64,000 nucleotides of DNA from an uncultured Bacteroidota bacterium (GTDB taxonomy: Bacteria; CLD3; SB21; JBBIRG01), in the NCBI GenBank assembly GCA_964410965.1, contig CAYPIY010000006.1, positions 135,222-199,221 on the forward strand, read 5' to 3'. Within the stretch, counting starts at the first letter, position 1, and every line of letters begins with the position of its first letter. A program made the translations under genes and the position numbers. The notes beneath the pieces are model-generated. The model saw only the letters and a list, made by a program, of their open reading frames with translations, was not told the DNA's origin and did not search any database. Below are positions 57,851 through 64,000 of the stretch, piece by piece.

Positions 57851-58639
57851 TTACGCGGAATATTTATAATCTAATTTCAATTTAAGCCATTTCTTTCCCA
57901 AAACCAAGAAAGTAAATTTTGGCAGGGCAAGCATCCGGGGGGCGCGCAACGGCTGCTGAAGCAAACGGAAGAACCATTCTAAATGAAGCGCCAGCATCCA
58001 TTTCGGCGGACGCGGTACGGTGCCGGTAATCGCGTCAAAACTGCCGCCCACGCCCATCAGCAAAGGAATTGCGAACTGATGTTCGTCGCAGTATTTTTTT
58101 ATTCTTTGTATCAGATTCTCTTGGATCAGCGCGCCCATGCCTACGAAAACCATTTGCGGTTTAAAGGTTTTAAGTTCGTTCATTAATTCGTCATAATCCT
58201 TATCCAATGAAAAATATCCATTTCGAATGCCGGCAATGCAGAGTCCGGGAAAATCATCCTGCAATTGCGTCTTCGCTTTCTCTATGACATTTTGTTTTGA
58301 TCCGATCAGGTAGACTTTATATCCGGTTTCAGCTGCAATTTGCATGAATTTTATCATCAGATCGCATCCGGGAATGGGATGGTATTTCTTTTTGCCGAAT
58401 CGTCGCATGGCCCACGCGATTCCGAAAGCATCGGGATATACAAGGTCCGCTTCGAGGATATGTTTCGCCAGTGCGGGTTCTTTCCTCGCGCGGCATACCT
58501 TGATCGGATTCAGTGCCATCAGATGCCGGCTCTGCCGGTTGTCCGACAGCCAGCCTTTCACGGTTTCAACAATCTCCGTGGCGCTGTTCCGGCTCGTCGG
58601 GAAACCCAGGATATCGATGGTTTTATCGGATGCGATCAT
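57851..58639 (-). CDS. WecB/TagA/CpsF-family glycosyltransferase (GT26)
   Basis: 262 aa. N-terminal DILGFP block and C-terminal PEWFFRLLQQP block, both characteristic of the family. Confidence 0.75.
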   Translation of the reverse strand: MIASDKTIDILGFPTSRNSATEIVETVKGWLSDNRQSRHLMALNPIKVCRARKEPALAKHILEADLVYPDAFGIAWAMRRFGKKKYHPIPGCDLMIKFMQIAAETGYKVYLIGSKQNVIEKAKTQLQDDFPGLCIAGIRNGYFSLDKDYDELMNELKTFKPQMVFVGMGALIQENLIQRIKKYCDEHQFAIPLLMGVGGSFDAITGTVPRPPKWMLALHLEWFFRLLQQPLRAPRMLALPKFTFLVLGKKWLKLKLDYKYSA

Positions 58640-58642
58640 GGT

Positions 58643-60364
58643 TTAAATTTTATTCCAGTCGGTTTCAATCAGGTAATTGCCGATGGCCAGGGCGTGAATC
58701 CGGCTTTGTTCGTAAGAACGGATCGCTTCCTGCGGCGTTCGTATGATCGGCTCTTCGTGCATATTGAAACTGGTGTTGACCAGAACGGAAAGGCCGGTCA
58801 GCTTCTTATATTCGTTCAGGATATGATAATAAGACGGATTGATGTCTTCGGTAATGATCTGCGGGCGCGCGGTTCCGTCGACATGCGTGATCGCCGGCGC
58901 GAGTTCCTCGCATTTTGAAGTCACATCATACGTAATGGTCATGTATTCGGAGGCAAAGGCGTGATCCGGGTCATAATTTTTCAGGTACTCGTGCGCGTCC
59001 TCCTTCAGAATGACAGGCGCGAACGGCATGAATTCGGTCCGGCGCAACTGTTCGTTCAGCCAGCTGTTGACCGACCTATCTCCGCAGTGGTACATGATCG
59101 TGCGGTTTCCGAGCGCACGCGGGCCGTATTCCATCTTACCGTTGAACCGGGCGACGATTTTTTTGTCTTTGAGTAATTGCGCTATCGCCGGTTCGATCCG
59201 GTCGTATCGTTTGGGCTGAAATCCGGACTGACGGATCGCGTCTTCGATTTCCTGGTCCGAATAACCGCTTCCGAAATATACGTCATGAATGCGCGTGGGA
59301 GTAAAACCGTTCATCTTCTGACGGTACACCTCAAAAGCCGCGCCTACGGCTAATCCACCGTCGCCCATATTCGGGAAAACGAAAACATCCGCAGCGTTCG
59401 TTGCTTTCCAGATTTCCTGGTTCAGCTTGACGTTGGAGAACACGCCTCCGCTGAGAGCAATATTTTTTGTGCTGGTTCTTTTCATAGCATCGACCACATA
59501 ACGGCTTACGATATCTTCGCAGTGTTTCTGTATCCCGGCTGCGATGTCTTCTTTGGAAAACGGTTTCAGCAGGGTCTCGAGCTTGAGCATTTCCGGATGC
59601 AGCCACCCCCCGTGATTGACAAATGACATTTTCTGGGCATCATAGGAAAGTCGTTTCGCGAATATCGCCTGTGTTTGTTCCGGATTGCCGAAAGCGGCAA
59701 GTCCGGTGACTTTTCCCTCATGGCGAAGCGCGGTGAAACCGAGCAGGTGAGTGACGTAACAGTAGTAAAATCCGGGCGAATGAAATGCAGGGACGGAATG
59801 CAGTAGCTTCATCTGCCCGTTTTTGCAGTCATAAATCCGGGAACAATATCCGTCGCCGCTTCCGTCAAGCGTGATTGAAATACAGTCGTTCCAACCGGAA
59901 GTATAATAGGCACTGGCAGCGTGGCAAAGATGGTGATCCGCGAAGTCGATCGGGGCATCGATGTCTAGCTCTTTCAGCCGGCTTTCGATTTCTGATGTAC
60001 CGCGGAAAAAAGAAGATTCAAACACTTTTCGTGTGGCTTTCGTGCCGATATTCGTTCCCATCAGTAAACCGGTGATCGGTGTACGGCTCAGCCCTGCGAC
60101 AAAAGAACGGAAGAATCCGACGTCACGGTAACCGATATCCAGCGGACGGGCTTTGGTAGCGCTGCTTCCGGCAATAGCAACCTGTTCGATGTTTTTCGGA
60201 AGGATGCCGGCCAGGCGGATGACTTCGGGTATGGATAAATCGGGAAATCCCCAGTACATTTTCTTGCGGTTCAGCCGTTCTTCATTGACAGCCGATACAA
60301 TTTTTCCGTCGATAATGATCGCAGCGCCTGAATCGTGTCCTGTGGAAATGCCAAGAATAATCAT
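58643..60364 (-). CDS. Carbamoyltransferase, NodU/CmcH family (second paralog)
   Basis: MIILGISTGHDSGAAIIIDGKIVSAVNEERLNRKK… 573 aa. Roughly 35-40% identical by eye to the 53262..55079 product. Confidence 0.8.
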   Translation of the reverse strand: MIILGISTGHDSGAAIIIDGKIVSAVNEERLNRKKMYWGFPDLSIPEVIRLAGILPKNIEQVAIAGSSATKARPLDIGYRDVGFFRSFVAGLSRTPITGLLMGTNIGTKATRKVFESSFFRGTSEIESRLKELDIDAPIDFADHHLCHAASAYYTSGWNDCISITLDGSGDGYCSRIYDCKNGQMKLLHSVPAFHSPGFYYCYVTHLLGFTALRHEGKVTGLAAFGNPEQTQAIFAKRLSYDAQKMSFVNHGGWLHPEMLKLETLLKPFSKEDIAAGIQKHCEDIVSRYVVDAMKRTSTKNIALSGGVFSNVKLNQEIWKATNAADVFVFPNMGDGGLAVGAAFEVYRQKMNGFTPTRIHDVYFGSGYSDQEIEDAIRQSGFQPKRYDRIEPAIAQLLKDKKIVARFNGKMEYGPRALGNRTIMYHCGDRSVNSWLNEQLRRTEFMPFAPVILKEDAHEYLKNYDPDHAFASEYMTITYDVTSKCEELAPAITHVDGTARPQIITEDINPSYYHILNEYKKLTGLSVLVNTSFNMHEEPIIRTPQEAIRSYEQSRIHALAIGNYLIETDWNKI

Positions 60365-61545
60365 ACAACTCCTTTATCGTTTGTCATCGTCTTTGGCGTG
60401 TGGGTGATATAGGTCGTCAGTGCCCAATACATCCAGCATTGCGACCAACGCATATAGGAAATGCGGTTCGTGTACAGCGGATGCTTCTGAAAATAAAAAT
60501 ACCCTTTCGGGGACTGCATATTTTTGATAGTCCAGTTTACCAGTTTTTCAAGCCTTTCCGTTGAATCGGGATGATATCCGCGGAGTTTGGTAAGCGACAC
60601 AATGCCCTGCGCCGCGCTGTGAATGTCCACAGGATAGGCGGCCTGATGATAATATTTCGGTGTTCCGTCCGGAAGGAAAAAATGATTCACAAAAAATTCA
60701 TAACCTTTCCGGAGCCGGGGTTCGTAGGTTTGTTCTCCGGTTGATTCGATGAACCGGTGCAGGGATTCAAGAATGAAGCCGGTGTGAAAACTGTCGATCC
60801 ACTGCTGGATACCGGTCTCCGCGTAATGCCAGGAGCCGTCGCCACGCTGGTATTGCATGACATAATCAATGGAGCGTTTTGAGTAGTCCAAAAGGATTTC
60901 TTCTTTCGTTACGGAATAAACCCTTGCCAGCAAAGCGGCGCCGAGGATGTTGGCGTTGTGAACTTTCAACTGGTCGATCGGCGTGTAGCTGAAGCACAGG
61001 GTATTTTTTTCCTTTGAGTGATGAAGATCTTCTATAATGAAATCGCAGCTGCTTCGCGCGGTTTCAAGATACAGATCTCTCCGGGTGGCTTCGTAGGCGT
61101 CTAAAAAGCCGTTCCCGATATAACTTGTATTTACTATCGTCGGGGTAAATTTCGGAACGTAAAACACACGGCTTTGCCAGTCAAAATTATAACCCCAGCA
61201 CGCACCGGAATAACCGGGCGTTTTTATATTAATCAATAAGTTAGCTAAAAATTCCAGCAATTTCAAATAGTTTTTATCTTCGTTGTTCCTGTAGATTTTC
61301 GAGAATGAAGATAACATCAGGCCAAGCCCTTTGGGATTATGCCCTTTACGGACGAAAAGCAAGGGACGGAAATTGACCGGGCTTTTCTTCATAAACTGGA
61401 TGAACGCGATTCTCAGAAAACGGCTTTTTTTGGACAGTGACCGGAGAATCGGACTGTTGAGCGCGTCATAACAGTCATAGCCCATGAATTGCTGATCGAT
61501 GATATATTTCTCGAGAGATTTGAATGATTGCCGGACAGGAGTCAT
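60361..61545 (-). CDS. Hypothetical protein, possibly (alpha/alpha)6-barrel polysaccharide-modifying enzyme (C5-epimerase/lyase-like)
   Basis: 394 aa. Helix-rich, W/Y-rich. Translationally coupled (4-nt overlaps) to carbamoyltransferase and acetyltransferase genes. No firm motif. Confidence 0.35.
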   Translation of the reverse strand: MTPVRQSFKSLEKYIIDQQFMGYDCYDALNSPILRSLSKKSRFLRIAFIQFMKKSPVNFRPLLFVRKGHNPKGLGLMLSSFSKIYRNNEDKNYLKLLEFLANLLINIKTPGYSGACWGYNFDWQSRVFYVPKFTPTIVNTSYIGNGFLDAYEATRRDLYLETARSSCDFIIEDLHHSKEKNTLCFSYTPIDQLKVHNANILGAALLARVYSVTKEEILLDYSKRSIDYVMQYQRGDGSWHYAETGIQQWIDSFHTGFILESLHRFIESTGEQTYEPRLRKGYEFFVNHFFLPDGTPKYYHQAAYPVDIHSAAQGIVSLTKLRGYHPDSTERLEKLVNWTIKNMQSPKGYFYFQKHPLYTNRISYMRWSQCWMYWALTTYITHTPKTMTNDKGVV

Positions 61546-62201
61546 ACGTCGTTTTTCTTCGGGATGATTTTTTGAGCAGGGACGCCGACCGCGATTACGT
61601 CAGTTCCGATAGATTTCAGCAGCACCGCGTTTGCGCCGACTTCGGAGCGGTCACCGATCTCGATGTTGCCGAGAATCTTGGCGCCGGCCCATAATTTCAC
61701 GTCGTTGCCGATTTTCGGCGCGCCGCTGCCGGTCGTAACGCCCTGGCAGACGATACAGCGTTCCCCGAGTTCCGTGTTCTTGCCGATCACGATACCCGAT
61801 CCGTGATAGATCATCAGTCCGTGCCCTATTTTCGCGAAAGGAGAAAGATCCGAATCGGTAAAAAATTTGGAAAAACGGTGGATAAAATCCGATAGGATCC
61901 GCAATCGGTGCAGGAGAAAAAATCTGGAAACCCGGTAAAGGAAGAGCGCCTGCGTGCCGTTGTCGCCGATCATAGTCTTGAGAAAAAACATGAAAAAAGC
62001 GAGCCGACGTTTCCGGAAACGTTTCAGGTTTTTCTGGGAATCGAAGATATAGAGTAAGTCATATTTAAAATCGAATACGGATAACGGCAGTTTAACGGCT
62101 ATAAACAGAATAATCAGAAAAAGAAAATAACCGGTCAGGAATAAAATTACCGGAAGCGAATAAATGACGATCAAATCCCAAATGCCAATGTGTAAATCCA
62201 T
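61542..62201 (-). CDS. Left-handed beta-helix (hexapeptide-repeat) acetyltransferase, CysE/WbbJ-like, with N-terminal TM
   Basis: Hexapeptide repeats IGKNTELGERCIVCQGVTTGSG…IGNDVKLWAGAKILGNIEIGDRSEVGANAVL. Confidence 0.75.
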   Translation of the reverse strand: MDLHIGIWDLIVIYSLPVILFLTGYFLFLIILFIAVKLPLSVFDFKYDLLYIFDSQKNLKRFRKRRLAFFMFFLKTMIGDNGTQALFLYRVSRFFLLHRLRILSDFIHRFSKFFTDSDLSPFAKIGHGLMIYHGSGIVIGKNTELGERCIVCQGVTTGSGAPKIGNDVKLWAGAKILGNIEIGDRSEVGANAVLLKSIGTDVIAVGVPAQKIIPKKNDV

Positions 62202-62246
62202 TGTATTAATCGCTTTTTATTTATCTGTGAATCTTTGGCAATTTAT

Positions 62247-64000
62247 TTACGAAATACCTACCGGCAATCCCTTGGTCAATGACCCCAGTATCGCGAACAC
62301 GGTTTTGGAAGTCATGACTAATTCATCGAACGGAATAGGGGAGGGTTGTCCCTTCAGAATGGCGTCCGTGAAGGCAAGTATGGAATCGGCATACCCCTTG
62401 TCCTGTCTGGAACCGCCGAATGTCCGTGATTTCCCGTTTCGTGACAGCCGGCAGTTTTTAAAATCGTCTACCACGGCGACGGACTGTTCGCCGAAAATTT
62501 CAATCCGTTCTTTCGGAAATGTTTTGTCGCCGATGGCAATGTAACTGATGGTTCCGGTCGAACCGTCGCTGAATTTGACGATGACCTGAAGATTGTCGCG
62601 GTTGGTTACGTCATGCGCGTTATAGGAAATCGTTTGCGCGTAAACATTGACCGGCATGGCGTTCAGGAGGTGTATCATCAGATCGATAAAATGACACACT
62701 TCGCCGATAATACGCCCGCCGCCCTGCACGGGATCCTGTATCCAGTGATTTTTCGGTATGTTCCCGGCATTGATACGGTACGTAATCATCAGAGGCGAGA
62801 TTTTTCTGGAATAGAATTTTTTCACTTCACGGATGACCGGCGAAAAACGGCGGTTGTAGCCGACCATCAGAGTCGTAGGCTGGTTCTGATATATCCTGAC
62901 GATCTCATCCAACTCTTCCGTAGACATCGCGAGAGGTTTTTCGACGAAAACCGGCTTCGATGCTTTCAGTGCTTCCATGACCATCGGGGCATGCAGATGA
63001 TGCCGTGTTGTTACGAACAGTGCGTTGATTTCCGGGTGTCGGATAATTTCAAAGTTATCTGTCGTCGAAAATTGAAATTTGAATTTGTCCGCGACATTCT
63101 TGGCGGTAACACCTTTGGATGTTGAAACACCCGTCAACCGGACATTTTGCATTTTTTTAAAATGAGGCAGAAGCATGTTTTGCGCGAAATTCCCGGCTCC
63201 GATAAAACCGATGGATAACGACTCAAATGATTTTACAGGCTCAGCAGACGATAGTGAAAGGTTTTTTCCATTTTTTACTTCCAGATTTCGGTGGCGGTAA
63301 TCCAGCAATACGCCGACAATCGTTTCCGCTGACGGGTTTTTTCCCGTAATCATGTCATACGCCTGTTTGGCGTCCTCAATTTTGAACCGATGCGTCGTAA
63401 CGGATTTCAGATTTATTTTTTTCTGCGCGGCGAGGCCTAAAAAGGCCTGCATATTGCGGTTCTCCGTCCAGCGGACGTATCCGTACGGGTAATCAATGCC
63501 GAATTCTTCATAGTTAGAGTCATACCGGCCGGGCCCGTAAGATCGTGCGAACCGGACATCGATTTCTTTTTCATAAAACGGGCTTCTCGGTATGTCAGCG
63601 GGAACGGCTCCTTCGATGATGAGTTTGCCTTTATGTCGCAGAATATCGCCAGACAGAATAACTGGCGCAGTGCTGGACGTCGCTGCCGTAATAATTGAGC
63701 TGTCAACGCCGTAACCGCGCGTGATCGTTTCGATATCCGTTACGGTATCGCCGCAAATGATCATGGCGTGATCCGCACCGGCGTTACGGGCATTTTCGCA
63801 GGCCGCTTCATTCAGGTCAAGTCCTATCACCCGGCAGCCGTTCGCTTTCAGTATCTGCACGGACAATATGCCTAAAAGGCCGAGACCGATCACGGCAACG
63901 GTTTCCCCGACTAATGTTTCCGCCTGGCGGATGCCCTGTAGCGCAATGGCGCCCAGCGTGGCGTAACAGGCCTCGTCAAAATCAATGCCCTCCGGGATGC
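62247..64000 (-). CDS. Bi-domain oxidoreductase (MDR alcohol-dehydrogenase-like N-part + Gfo/Idh/MocA C-part); N-terminus runs off the window end
   Basis: MDR Rossmann GLGLLG…, later Gfo/Idh/MocA Rossmann SIGFIGAGNFAQN and the EKPLA motif. No stop upstream before position 64000. Confidence 0.75.
   Translation of the reverse strand, partial: IPEGIDFDEACYATLGAIALQGIRQAETLVGETVAVIGLGLLGILSVQILKANGCRVIGLDLNEAACENARNAGADHAMIICGDTVTDIETITRGYGVDSSIITAATSSTAPVILSGDILRHKGKLIIEGAVPADIPRSPFYEKEIDVRFARSYGPGRYDSNYEEFGIDYPYGYVRWTENRNMQAFLGLAAQKKINLKSVTTHRFKIEDAKQAYDMITGKNPSAETIVGVLLDYRHRNLEVKNGKNLSLSSAEPVKSFESLSIGFIGAGNFAQNMLLPHFKKMQNVRLTGVSTSKGVTAKNVADKFKFQFSTTDNFEIIRHPEINALFVTTRHHLHAPMVMEALKASKPVFVEKPLAMSTEELDEIVRIYQNQPTTLMVGYNRRFSPVIREVKKFYSRKISPLMITYRINAGNIPKNHWIQDPVQGGGRIIGEVCHFIDLMIHLLNAMPVNVYAQTISYNAHDVTNRDNLQVIVKFSDGSTGTISYIAIGDKTFPKERIEIFGEQSVAVVDDFKNCRLSRNGKSRTFGGSRQDKGYADSILAFTDAILKGQPSPIPFDELVMTSKTVFAILGSLTKGLPVGIS

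Noticed and set aside
1-64000. CRISPR arrays, integrases, transposases, prophage structural genes, restriction-modification systems
   Set aside because: No short direct-repeat/spacer arrays, no DDE/tyrosine-recombinase motifs and no capsid/terminase-like ORFs were seen on either strand.

Overview
This 64 kb window is a chromosomal segment from a moderate-GC bacterium that is probably in the FCB group (Bacteroidota- or Ignavibacteriota-like).

The phylum guess rests on several gene families:
- Y_Y_Y/Reg_prop hybrid sensor kinases
- an S46 dipeptidyl-peptidase
- a 'bi-domain' oxidoreductase
- a PASTA-only protein
- many lipoproteins and beta-barrel proteins

Genes are densely packed on both strands. 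Most are housekeeping:
- PBP1C
- a two-gene fused 2-oxoacid:ferredoxin oxidoreductase
- plsC
- a CcmF-like cytochrome-c maturation operon
- glgX
- pgi
- an rsmB-like methyltransferase
- gatA
- ruvC
- tatA and tatC
- tRNA-Val and tRNA-Asp

There are two large hybrid histidine kinases, each flanked by an orphan receiver gene. A cell-surface glycan cluster at about 52.8-64 kb carries WecA, a WecB/TagA-family transferase, an acetyltransferase, two NodU/CmcH-type carbamoyltransferases and an SxtJ-like membrane protein.

The most unusual locus lies at about 26.5-32.4 kb.
- On the minus strand, a YhcC/TIGR01212-type radical-SAM gene is followed by a bacterial eRF1/Pelota-like protein (baeRF1). That protein has a GGQ motif and a C-terminal zinc ribbon.
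- Transcribed divergently is a four-gene operon: a minimal Hanks Ser/Thr kinase, a vWA (MIDAS) protein, a C-terminally truncated pyruvate-kinase-like protein with altered cation-site residues, and an SPFH/stomatin protein.

I propose this as a candidate translation-targeting or stress-signalling system that, as far as I know, is not characterised. No CRISPR array, integrase or transposase was seen.
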